Below are positions 40,708 to 49,289 of a stretch of 64,000 bases of DNA, piece by piece. Each line of letters starts with the position of its first letter. Positions within the stretch are counted from its first letter, which is position 1. Location: NCBI GenBank assembly GCA_903869825.1, contig CAIQAL010000003.1, forward strand, positions 3,624 to 67,623, in the 5' to 3' direction. The stretch is from an uncultured bacterium. GTDB taxonomy: Bacteria; Patescibacteriota; Minisyncoccia; Phycocordibacterales; UBA9973. A program made the position numbers and the translations under genes. Below the pieces are notes generated by a model. That model saw nothing but the letters and a program-made list of their open reading frames with translations. It made no database searches and was not told the DNA's origin.

Positions 40708-41738
40708 TGAGCGATCAATATCAAAAATCAGGGGTAAATATTTCGGCTGGAAATGAAGTTGTAAAAAGAATAAAAAAAAATGTTGCTTCGACGCATACTA
40801 AGGCAGTTCTCACGGGGATAGGAAGTTTCGGAGGTCTTTTTGATTTGTCTGACATAATAAAAAATTACAAACATCCTGTTTTAGTTCAAAGCCTTGATGG
40901 AGTAGGGACAAAACTTTCCGTTGCTAGGATGATGAAAAAATACGACTCTGTTGGAGAGGACATTGTGAATCATTGTTGTGACGACTTGCTTGCGATGGGA
41001 GCTAAGCCCTTAATTTTTTTAGACTACGTAGCACACGATAAGCTTGATCCAAATATTATGGAGGCGATGGTGGCAGGAATGGCGAAGGCTTGTCGAGAAG
41101 CCGGGGTAGCCTTGATTGGTGGAGAGACTGCAGAAATGCCAGGAACCTATATGAAAGGAGAACATGACATAGCTGGGGCGATTACCGGAGTAGTCGAAAA
41201 AGATAAAATTATTACCGGCGAGCGAATAAAGGAAGGAAATATTCTTTTTGGTTTTCCGTCGGCTGGACTTCATACCAATGGATTTTCATTAGCCAGAAGT
41301 ATTTTATTTAAAAAAGGGAAGTACACGGTAAAATCGAAAGTAAAAGAGCTTGGTTGCACAGTTGGAGAAGCATTGCTAAAAGTGCATGTGAACTATTGCG
41401 ATACAGTTTTCTCTCTACTGGATAGTGGAGTTGATATTCGAGGAATAGCTCATATTACTGGTGGGGGTTTTGTCGAAAATATTCCCCGAGTTTTGCCGAA
41501 AAATTTTGATGCGGAAATACAAAAAGGAACTTGGCCAATATTACCGATTTTTTCTTTAATCCAAAAAGTTGGCAAAGTAGAAGATAAAGAAATGCATCGA
41601 GTGTTTAACATGGGAATCGGTCTGGTAGTCATAGTTCCAGAAGAACAAAAAAATAAAGTTGAAAAAATCCTAAAAAACAAAAAATACTACCTTGTAGGTA
41701 AAATTATTAAAGGGTCGGGTAAAACAATTTTAAAATAA
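40707..41738 (+). CDS. purM: AIR synthetase
   Basis: DGVGTK, GGETAEMP, GLHTNG, HITGGG, FNMGIG. Confidence 0.97.
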   Translation: MSDQYQKSGVNISAGNEVVKRIKKNVASTHTKAVLTGIGSFGGLFDLSDIIKNYKHPVLVQSLDGVGTKLSVARMMKKYDSVGEDIVNHCCDDLLAMGAKPLIFLDYVAHDKLDPNIMEAMVAGMAKACREAGVALIGGETAEMPGTYMKGEHDIAGAITGVVEKDKIITGERIKEGNILFGFPSAGLHTNGFSLARSILFKKGKYTVKSKVKELGCTVGEALLKVHVNYCDTVFSLLDSGVDIRGIAHITGGGFVENIPRVLPKNFDAEIQKGTWPILPIFSLIQKVGKVEDKEMHRVFNMGIGLVVIVPEEQKNKVEKILKNKKYYLVGKIIKGSGKTILK

Positions 41739-41743
41739 AAAAT

Positions 41744-42703
41744 ATGAATATCAAAACAATAAAGGAACATCTGAATGATGTTTTAAGAGTGACAGACTTC
41801 AAAAATTTGGGCGAAAGGAAAGTTGGAAAAGTTAGGGATGTTTATACCAAACCTGACCAGATTACCCTCATTTCCACAGACCGACATTCATCTTTCGATC
41901 GAATCATTGCGCATATTCCGTTTAAAGGAGAAATATTGAATCAAATAAGTTTATTTTGGTTCAATAATACGAAAGATATAATTCAAAATCACGTATTAAA
42001 TATTCCCGACCAAGCTATTTTAATAGCCAAAAATTGCAAACCACTTCCTATTGAAGCTATTGTACGAGGCTATATTACTGGCGTCACCTCAACCTCCCTC
42101 TGGACTCATTATCAGGATGGGAAAAGAGATTTCGGAAATTTTGTTCTGCCGGAAGGACTCAAAAAAAATCACAAACTAGATGCACCTGTTTTTACTCCGT
42201 CTACTAAATTTGAAGAACATGACCGCACATTGTCACCTGATGAGATAGTAGCCGAAGGTTTAATGACAAGAGAATTAATTATTGAAGTAGAAAAAGTGGC
42301 CAAGGAATTATTCCTTCGTGGCCAAAAAATAGCATTGGAGCGTGGACTTATTTTAATAGATACAAAATATGAATTTGGTTTGGATGAAAACAATAAGCTT
42401 ATTTTGATTGATGAGATTCATACCCCGGATTCTTCCAGATATTGGAAAGCTACCAGTTATCAAGATAGAATTAATAAAGGGGAGGAACCGGAATATTTTG
42501 ATAAAGAATTTTTGCGAATGTGGTTTAAGGATAATTGTGATCCTTACACAGACGAGACATTGCCTGAGGCTCCGGCTGACCTAATAGCAGAACTTGCTCG
42601 TAGATATATTGAGATTTTTGAAATGTTGACAGGAAAAACCTTTAAACACGATTTTACCCAAACCCCGATTGAAAGAGTTGCCGCGAGTCTTTCTAACTTA
42701 TAA
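41744..42703 (+). CDS. purC: SAICAR synthetase
   Basis: GKVRDVY, TPSTK, DTKYEFG, DEIHTPDSSRYW. Confidence 0.96.
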   Translation: MNIKTIKEHLNDVLRVTDFKNLGERKVGKVRDVYTKPDQITLISTDRHSSFDRIIAHIPFKGEILNQISLFWFNNTKDIIQNHVLNIPDQAILIAKNCKPLPIEAIVRGYITGVTSTSLWTHYQDGKRDFGNFVLPEGLKKNHKLDAPVFTPSTKFEEHDRTLSPDEIVAEGLMTRELIIEVEKVAKELFLRGQKIALERGLILIDTKYEFGLDENNKLILIDEIHTPDSSRYWKATSYQDRINKGEEPEYFDKEFLRMWFKDNCDPYTDETLPEAPADLIAELARRYIEIFEMLTGKTFKHDFTQTPIERVAASLSNL

Positions 42704-43374
42704 TGAAAAAATGTTACAAACATCTAGGGACAATTAGTGTTTTCTTTGTTTCAGTGCTACTTATTTCTAACGTAGCTTCTTCAAAAATTGTGGATCTAGG
42801 ATGGTTCACTTTCGATGGAGGAACATTACTATTTCCACTCAGCTATATTTTTGGAGATATTTTGACTGAAGTTTACGGATACAAAAATTCAAGAAAAATT
42901 ATATGGCTTGGCTTTTTTTCTGCCTTAATGATGTCTTTAGTGTTTATAGTAGTTGGAAAGTTGCCTCCTGCTTCCGGCTGGAACAATCAAGCGGCCTATG
43001 ATGCAATCCTAGGGTTAACTCCGAGAATTGTTTTGGCAAGTTTACTGGCGTATAGTGCAGGCGAATTTAGTAATTCCTATATTTTGGCCAAAATGAAAAT
43101 ATGGACAAAGGGTAAATGGCTTTGGACCCGAACTATCGGCTCAACTCTTGTGGGGGAACTGATTGATAGCTCAATTTTTATTATTTTTGCTTTCTTTGGA
43201 GTCTTTTCGAATTCACTTCTCCTTACACTAATCATTTCAAATTACTTGTTTAAAACAGGAGTAGAAATTCTTTTTACCCCGATTACCTATAAAGTAATTG
43301 CATTCTTGAAAATGAGAGAGGAAGAAGATTATTATGACACAGACACGAATTTCAACCCTTTTTCACTAAAGTAA
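42703..43374 (+). CDS. Queuosine precursor transporter (YhhQ/VUT family)
   Basis: FPLSYIFGDILTEVYG, RIVLASL, WTRTIGST, DTNFNPF. Confidence 0.9.
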   Translation: MKKCYKHLGTISVFFVSVLLISNVASSKIVDLGWFTFDGGTLLFPLSYIFGDILTEVYGYKNSRKIIWLGFFSALMMSLVFIVVGKLPPASGWNNQAAYDAILGLTPRIVLASLLAYSAGEFSNSYILAKMKIWTKGKWLWTRTIGSTLVGELIDSSIFIIFAFFGVFSNSLLLTLIISNYLFKTGVEILFTPITYKVIAFLKMREEEDYYDTDTNFNPFSLK

Positions 43375-44212
43375 GAATGATGTTAAGTGGAATTTTTTTT
43401 GATGCATCAAACCAAGCTATCTTAGAATCTCTTTTAAACCAGGTCATCTGGCGTTTAGCGTATTTTATTGTTTCCAGAATAACTTTCTCTTTGGTTGGAT
43501 GATTGTATTCAAAACCAAGTTCCGCTAGTCTAGCCTCGGTAATGCCGGACTTTTTTAGTTTTTTTATTTCATTTAGTAAACCTGCTTGAAACATTTTTTT
43601 TACTCTTTTTTTCACTTTCTTTTCTAATATTGGGATAGGTAAGTAAAGCCCAATTTTAATAAATTCATACATAGGTTTAACTTCTGTAATTTTAGGGACA
43701 CCACCTAATGATTTTGCTATTTCAATTGCTCGAACTAATCTTACAATATTATTTTTATCAATATTGCTCGCTCTTTTTTTATCAAGTTTTTTTAACATTT
43801 CAAAAAGCTCACCTTTTGTTTTTTTAGATAAAACTTTTCTGAGTTTCGTGTTTGGTGGCACTTCTGGCAAAATTATTCCTTGAGTTACTGCATCAAGATA
43901 AAATCCAGTTCCACCACAGATAATAGGAACTTTATTTTCTTTAATAATTTCAGCTATAGCATAGATAGTTTTTTTTTGATATTCGGAGACAGTAAATTTA
44001 TGTTTTGGATTTATCACACCGAGCAAATGATGAGGAACACCAAGCATTTCCTTTTTTGATATTTTTCCTGAGCCTATATCAAGACCTTTATAAACTTGTC
44101 TTGAGTCTGCGGAAATTATTTCCCCGTTTATTTTTTTAGCGATTTTTACAGCCAAATCACTCTTTCCTGTCGCAGTCTGACCGAGTATTACGATAACTTT
44201 TGGTTTATTCAT
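43352..44212 (-). CDS. miaA: tRNA dimethylallyltransferase
   Basis: GQTATGKS, SADSRQVY, GGTGFY, YAKRQMTWFKR. Confidence 0.96.
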   Translation of the reverse strand: MNKPKVIVILGQTATGKSDLAVKIAKKINGEIISADSRQVYKGLDIGSGKISKKEMLGVPHHLLGVINPKHKFTVSEYQKKTIYAIAEIIKENKVPIICGGTGFYLDAVTQGIILPEVPPNTKLRKVLSKKTKGELFEMLKKLDKKRASNIDKNNIVRLVRAIEIAKSLGGVPKITEVKPMYEFIKIGLYLPIPILEKKVKKRVKKMFQAGLLNEIKKLKKSGITEARLAELGFEYNHPTKEKVILETIKYAKRQMTWFKRDSKIAWFDASKKIPLNIILTLVKKG

Positions 44213-45730
44213 TTATATTTCCTGAGTCATTTTGATATCAGCGCCGATAGAATTTAATCGCTTTGCGATATCCTCATAACCGCGATTAATCATGTACACA
44301 TTGCGTAAAATTGAGGTACCTGGAGCGGCAAGCATAGAAATAAGGATGACCATCGACGGACGAAGAGCTGGTGGACAAACGACTTGAGCAGCTCGGAGGG
44401 AGGTGCCGCCGTTTACGTATACTCGGTGTGGATCGGCTAAGGTGATATTTGCCCCTAACCTATTTAATTCGGCAAAATAGATTGCCCGGTTTTCATAAAC
44501 CCAGTCGTGAATCATTGTAGTTCCTTTTGCTTTAATAGCAATCGGCACAAAAAATGGCAAGTTGTCGATGTTGATTCCAGGATAAGGGTTTGAGTGAATT
44601 TTGTCTTCAAGCGCACGCAATTTACTTTGTAATATTTCTATATCGGCTAATTTTGTACGTCCATTATATGAAAAATATCTTTTTAATATTTTGAATTTTA
44701 AATTCATTCTCTTTAATTTTTCTAGTTCAAGTGATAAAAAATCAATTGGACAACGCGTAATGGTAAGTTTAGAGTCTGTGACAATACAGGCCGAAATGAA
44801 CATCATAGATTCAATTGGATCTTCGCTATTCCAATATTCAATATTTTGATTTATTTCTTTTACACCGTGGACAGTTAGGGAAGAAGTTCCGATTCCCTGA
44901 ATTTTCACTCCTAAAGCCTCAAGGAAAAAACATATTTCTTGCACCATGTAGTTGGCGCTGGCAAAAGTGATGACTGTCTCACCAGGAATAAGTGATGCCG
45001 CAGTCAAAACATTTTCACAAGCAGTGTCACCTGATTCATACATCACAATTTCAGCTGGTTTCAAGTGTGGAGCGGAGATTTCATAGCTAGTGGAAGTAGT
45101 TTTAATTTTTACTCCAAGTTCTTCTAGGGCATAAGTGTGGGCGGCAATTGTTCTTTTTCCAAGATTACATCCTTGGGCGTGGGGTAAGGAAAATGAAAGA
45201 AGTTGGTGAATTAACGGCCCCATCAGCATAACGATTGAACGGGTTTTAATGGCGGATTCAATGTTAATATTGTCCAATTTAAATATTTTTGGTGGAGTAA
45301 TAATGACAGTATTTTGATCAAGCCATTTAATTTGTACTCCGATACTTTCAATAATTTCAATTACTCGATATACCTCTTCGATTCGAGCGATTCCGTGCAG
45401 GGTGGTTGTACCCTTGTTAAGGAGGGAAGCGCAGAGTAGCCCTACTGAACCGTTTTTTGAAAAATTTGTTGCAATAGTTCCATGAAGTTTTTTTCCTCCG
45501 ATTACTTGAAAATCACTTGAACTAGAATTAATAGAAAAAATATTTCGTTCAAAAACACTACTTATCTTGTCTAACAACTCAGTGGAAAAATTCTGTTCGC
45601 CTTTTTCCATTCGGGCTACTGCGCTTTGGGAAGTAGCTAACGCGGCCGCAAAATCGTCTTGGGTCATATCCCTACGTTCCCGAAGATTTTTAATAAAGGC
45701 TCCGATTTGCTTTTGAGATGTATTTTTCAT
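44213..45730 (-). CDS. murA: XRE-type HTH fused to UDP-N-acetylglucosamine 1-carboxyvinyltransferase
   Basis: N-terminal LRERRDMTQ..TSQSAVARMEKG HTH; SKN, GCNLGKR, HDWVYENR, RGYE MurA motifs; start at 45730 or GTG 45733. Confidence 0.9.
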   Translation of the reverse strand: MKNTSQKQIGAFIKNLRERRDMTQDDFAAALATSQSAVARMEKGEQNFSTELLDKISSVFERNIFSINSSSSDFQVIGGKKLHGTIATNFSKNGSVGLLCASLLNKGTTTLHGIARIEEVYRVIEIIESIGVQIKWLDQNTVIITPPKIFKLDNINIESAIKTRSIVMLMGPLIHQLLSFSLPHAQGCNLGKRTIAAHTYALEELGVKIKTTSTSYEISAPHLKPAEIVMYESGDTACENVLTAASLIPGETVITFASANYMVQEICFFLEALGVKIQGIGTSSLTVHGVKEINQNIEYWNSEDPIESMMFISACIVTDSKLTITRCPIDFLSLELEKLKRMNLKFKILKRYFSYNGRTKLADIEILQSKLRALEDKIHSNPYPGINIDNLPFFVPIAIKAKGTTMIHDWVYENRAIYFAELNRLGANITLADPHRVYVNGGTSLRAAQVVCPPALRPSMVILISMLAAPGTSILRNVYMINRGYEDIAKRLNSIGADIKMTQEI

Positions 45731-45738
45731 CACTTAAT

Positions 45739-45760
45739 ATTATATCATATATGATATAAT
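45739..45760. promoter_or_regulatory. Perfect 22-bp palindrome overlapping the murA extended -10 box (candidate operator)
   Basis: ATTATATCATA|TATGATATAAT; TGATATAAT on both strands. Confidence 0.7.
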
Positions 45761-45772
45761 GCAAATATTTCC

Positions 45773-45781
45773 TGTGGATAA
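45773..45781 (-). promoter_or_regulatory. DnaA-box-like sequence
   Basis: TGTGGATAA, reverse complement of the TTATCCACA consensus; intergenic. Confidence 0.4.
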
Positions 45782-45789
45782 CTATATAG

Positions 45790-45873
45790 TGCCGCGGGAG
45801 AGAATTGAACTCTCATGGGGTTGCCCCCGAACGATTTTGAGTCGTTTGCGTCTACCAATTCCGCCACCGCGGC
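45790..45873 (-). tRNA. tRNA-Leu (CAA)
   Basis: GCCGCGG/CCGCGGC acceptor stem; AACGA-CTCAAAA-TCGTT anticodon arm; long variable arm; GAGAG-TTCAATT-CTCTC T arm. Confidence 0.95.
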
Positions 45874-45952
45874 AACAGTGTCTACACATTCTACACAAAT
45901 TTTTCCGAAAAATCAATTTTCAAAATATATTTTTATATGCTAAAATGAATTT

Positions 45953-47014
45953 ATGTCGAATTTATATTCCAACTCAATTTTCTGGATTGACACAGACAAG
46001 ATAAAGCCAAACCCTTATCAACCAAGAAGAGATTTTGACCCTGTTCGCTTGCAAGATTTGGCTGATTCCATTAAACAATATGGCGTATTGCAGCCGCTGA
46101 CTGTTTCCAGAATTGAAAAAGAAAAGGAAGACGGCGGACTGGTGACTGAATATGAGCTTATTGCAGGAGAAAGAAGACTTCGGGCAGCAATTTTAGCGAA
46201 GGTTTCTCAAGTGCCGGCGATAATTCGTGAAGGGGACACTTCGATGATGAAGCTTGAACTTGCAATTATCGAAAATCTACAAAGAGAAGACTTAAATTCA
46301 GTAGACCGAGCACGGGCATTCTTACAACTAGTAAACGAATTCAAGTTTACGCATAACGAAGTAGCAAAAAAAATGGGTCGCAGCCGGGAATATGTTTCAA
46401 ATTCATTGCGTATTTTGACTTTACCGGAAGAAATTCTGAAGGGTCTTTCCGAAGGAAAAATTACCGAAGGTCATACTAGACCGCTTTTGATGTTGGCGGA
46501 TCACCCAGAGGAGCAACTTGTATTATTTAAGGAAATAATTTATAAGAGAATTACCGTTAGAGAAGCAGAAGCCTTGGCTAGAAAAATTGCTACCGATCGA
46601 GTGAGAAAGAAAGAATTTATACCTGATCCTGAGATTATGGAACTTGAAGGAGAATTTCAGGAAAAACTAGGCACTCGAGTTCACATTGACCGAAAAGAAT
46701 TAGGAGGCCAAATCAAGATTGATTTCTTTTCGAATGAAGACCTACGTACTATTTTAGATATGATTAGTAAATCTACAGTTGGAAGAAATGCCGCAGATAT
46801 GCTTGAACATCATATTGCTAAAAATAATGCAATAAAAAATGAAATGGAAGTTTTGACCGAAAGTACGGAAATAAAAACGGAAGAAGTCTTACCAATTGAA
46901 GAGGAAAAGCAAATATTTGTCAGCGAGGCCATTGCGGGTGAAGATGACCGAACCAAGGATGAAATAATGGAAGATGATTCAAAACTCTATGATATTTCTG
47001 GTTTCAGTCTTTAA
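45953..47014 (+). CDS. parB: ParB/Spo0J chromosome partitioning protein
   Basis: PNPYQPRR, GVLQP, IAGERRLRA, IIENLQREDL, HTH; acidic C-terminal tail. Confidence 0.93.
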   Translation: MSNLYSNSIFWIDTDKIKPNPYQPRRDFDPVRLQDLADSIKQYGVLQPLTVSRIEKEKEDGGLVTEYELIAGERRLRAAILAKVSQVPAIIREGDTSMMKLELAIIENLQREDLNSVDRARAFLQLVNEFKFTHNEVAKKMGRSREYVSNSLRILTLPEEILKGLSEGKITEGHTRPLLMLADHPEEQLVLFKEIIYKRITVREAEALARKIATDRVRKKEFIPDPEIMELEGEFQEKLGTRVHIDRKELGGQIKIDFFSNEDLRTILDMISKSTVGRNAADMLEHHIAKNNAIKNEMEVLTESTEIKTEEVLPIEEEKQIFVSEAIAGEDDRTKDEIMEDDSKLYDISGFSL

Positions 47015-47056
47015 GTCGTTAGATTAAATCAATATTATTGTGATATGATTATCTAG

Positions 47057-47398
47057 ATGAAAAAAGAAGTTAAAAAATTTATCCTTACTTTTCCGTTGGC
47101 TATATTCACCCTAATCGTCCCTTCTTTTTTAGGGAATAATCAAATTTTAAGTTCTCTGGTGTTGTTTTTAGCAGGATTATTTATGTTAAGTATTGATTGG
47201 AGGAAAAAGAATTTGGTATTTTATTTAGTAATGCTTATAATTGGGCCAATCGCGGAAGCATTTGCAATAAATTTTGGAGCGTGGACTTACACTAACCCAG
47301 TGTTTATTGGAGTGCCGATTTGGTTGTTTTTTGTTTGGGGGAATGCTGGTTTGTTTGTAATTAAATTAAAAGAGTTCATTTTTTCTTTTAAGAGCTAA
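47057..47398 (+). CDS. Small membrane protein (DUF2878-like)
   Basis: Four hydrophobic helices; GAWTY..GVPIWL..W. Confidence 0.6.
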   Translation: MKKEVKKFILTFPLAIFTLIVPSFLGNNQILSSLVLFLAGLFMLSIDWRKKNLVFYLVMLIIGPIAEAFAINFGAWTYTNPVFIGVPIWLFFVWGNAGLFVIKLKEFIFSFKS

Positions 47399-47408
47399 AT
47401 TAAATTTT

Positions 47409-47801
47409 ATGGAAAAATCATTGGAAAAAAGATTTTCGTTAGTAGCTAGAGCAAAAAGCTTTACTCATGCATTTAGGGGAATCGGTATTTTAATAAAAAC
47501 GACCCACAATTTTTGGGTACAGATTTTTTTTGCATTAATCTCGGTTTGCCTTGGTGGTGCTCTTAATATATCAAGCATTGAATGGACCATTATTATTTTA
47601 TTGATAGGATTTGTATTTGTAACGGAAACTATAAATACTGCTATCGAAATCGATATTGATTTAACTTCTCCTAATTATCACCCATATGCTCGTGATACAA
47701 AAGACGTAGCAGCAGGAGCAGTCCTAATCTCTGCCATCGTTTCCGGTATAGTTGGTTTGATTATTTTCTTGCCAAAAATTTTGGCACTCTATCTTAATTA
47801 A
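47409..47801 (+). CDS. dgkA: Diacylglycerol/undecaprenol kinase family protein
   Basis: SFTHAFRG, ETINTAIE..D, KDVAAGAV. Confidence 0.9.
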   Translation: MEKSLEKRFSLVARAKSFTHAFRGIGILIKTTHNFWVQIFFALISVCLGGALNISSIEWTIIILLIGFVFVTETINTAIEIDIDLTSPNYHPYARDTKDVAAGAVLISAIVSGIVGLIIFLPKILALYLN

Positions 47802-49270
47802 GATTTTCCAAAAGACTTTAGTTTATTCAATAAACTATTTTTTTCTAAATAAGCTCGGATGTGTTTTTGAGCCATATTTGTCTTTGCGTATTCAAGCCAC
47901 TTGCTTGACGGGTGAGCGTCTTTCTTGGTCATTATGTCTATGATATCACCATTTTTTATTTTGGTTGAGAGGGGGGCAATTCTTGAATTTATTTTTACTT
48001 GACCAATATGACTACCAATATCAGTATGGATAGAATATGCGAAATCAATTGGACTCGAATCCTGAGGGAGGTCAATTACATCACCTTTTGGAGTGAAGAC
48101 GAAAATCCGGTCGCTAAAGAAATCCATTTTTAAATTTTCTATATATTTTTCTGGTTTTCCTTCAATATGTTTTAAATTCTTTAACTCATTTATCCATTCA
48201 AATTTATTTTTATCATCTTTAATTTTTTTTACACCCTCATACTCTTTGTAAGCAAAGTGGGCGGCAATCCCATAGGCTGCTTCAACGTGCATTTCCTTGG
48301 TCCTTATTTGGATTTCGGCTATTCCGCCAGAACCAGTAAATATGGTGGTGTGGATTGATTGGTATCCGTTTGGCTTAGGCAGAGCAATAAAATCTTTAAT
48401 TCTATGGGGTAATGGTTTCCAGACGGAATGAATGATTCCGAGCACTCGATAACAATCTTCAACTGATTGCACTACAACTCGTAAGGCCACAATGTCATAA
48501 ATTTTATCAAAGTCATTATTGTAACGTATGAGCTTTTGCCAGAGACTGTACTTGTGTTTTATTCTGTAATCAATTTCAGAATATTCGATTTTATTTTTCT
48601 TTAACTCTTTTTCCAAAGTGGCGTGAATTTCTACTAGGTACTTTTTGTGTAAATCTTTTTTTTCATTCAACATTGCCACTATTTCTTTATATTCTTTTGG
48701 GTAAGCGTAAGGGAATGCTGCATCTTCGATTTCTCCTTTTAGTTTTCCCATCCCAAGACGATTGGCAAGAGGAGCGTATACTTCGATGGATTCAAGAGCA
48801 ATTCTTTTTCTTTTATCTTCTCGGAGAGACCCCAAGGTTCGAAGATTGTGCAATCGATCAGCAAATTTAATTATCACCACTCGTAAGTCCTTTGCCATCG
48901 CTATGAAAAACCGACGGAGACTTTCAACATGTCTTTGTTGCCCACGGTATTTTAAAGTGCCTAGTTTCGTAACTCCTTTTACCAATGAAAGAATATTTTC
49001 ACCGAATTCACTCTCAAGTTCGCTTTCGGTTATTTTAGTATCTTCTAAGGTATCATGAAGCAGACCGGCAGAAATAGTATCGGCGTCCATTCCAAGTCGA
49101 GCTAAAGTTTTTGCGGTTTCGTAAGAGTGAGTAAAATATGGATCTCCTGTTTCTCTTTTTTGTCCTTCGTGTGCTTTTAACGCAAAATTATAAGCTTTTT
49201 CTATAAGCTCTTCATCCTTTCTGCTTAGGCCGCTTGTTGTTTCGTCCAATATTTTTTTTAGAGTCTGCAT
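47798..49270 (-). CDS. RelA/SpoT (p)ppGpp synthetase-hydrolase (HD + SYNTH + TGS)
   Basis: HEGQKR, LLHDTLED, KFADRLHN, PKPNGYQSIHT, EIQIRT, DFAYSIHT. Confidence 0.93.
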   Translation of the reverse strand: MQTLKKILDETTSGLSRKDEELIEKAYNFALKAHEGQKRETGDPYFTHSYETAKTLARLGMDADTISAGLLHDTLEDTKITESELESEFGENILSLVKGVTKLGTLKYRGQQRHVESLRRFFIAMAKDLRVVIIKFADRLHNLRTLGSLREDKRKRIALESIEVYAPLANRLGMGKLKGEIEDAAFPYAYPKEYKEIVAMLNEKKDLHKKYLVEIHATLEKELKKNKIEYSEIDYRIKHKYSLWQKLIRYNNDFDKIYDIVALRVVVQSVEDCYRVLGIIHSVWKPLPHRIKDFIALPKPNGYQSIHTTIFTGSGGIAEIQIRTKEMHVEAAYGIAAHFAYKEYEGVKKIKDDKNKFEWINELKNLKHIEGKPEKYIENLKMDFFSDRIFVFTPKGDVIDLPQDSSPIDFAYSIHTDIGSHIGQVKINSRIAPLSTKIKNGDIIDIMTKKDAHPSSKWLEYAKTNMAQKHIRAYLEKNSLLNKLKSFGKS

Positions 49271-49289
49271 AACCCCAATTATATATCAA

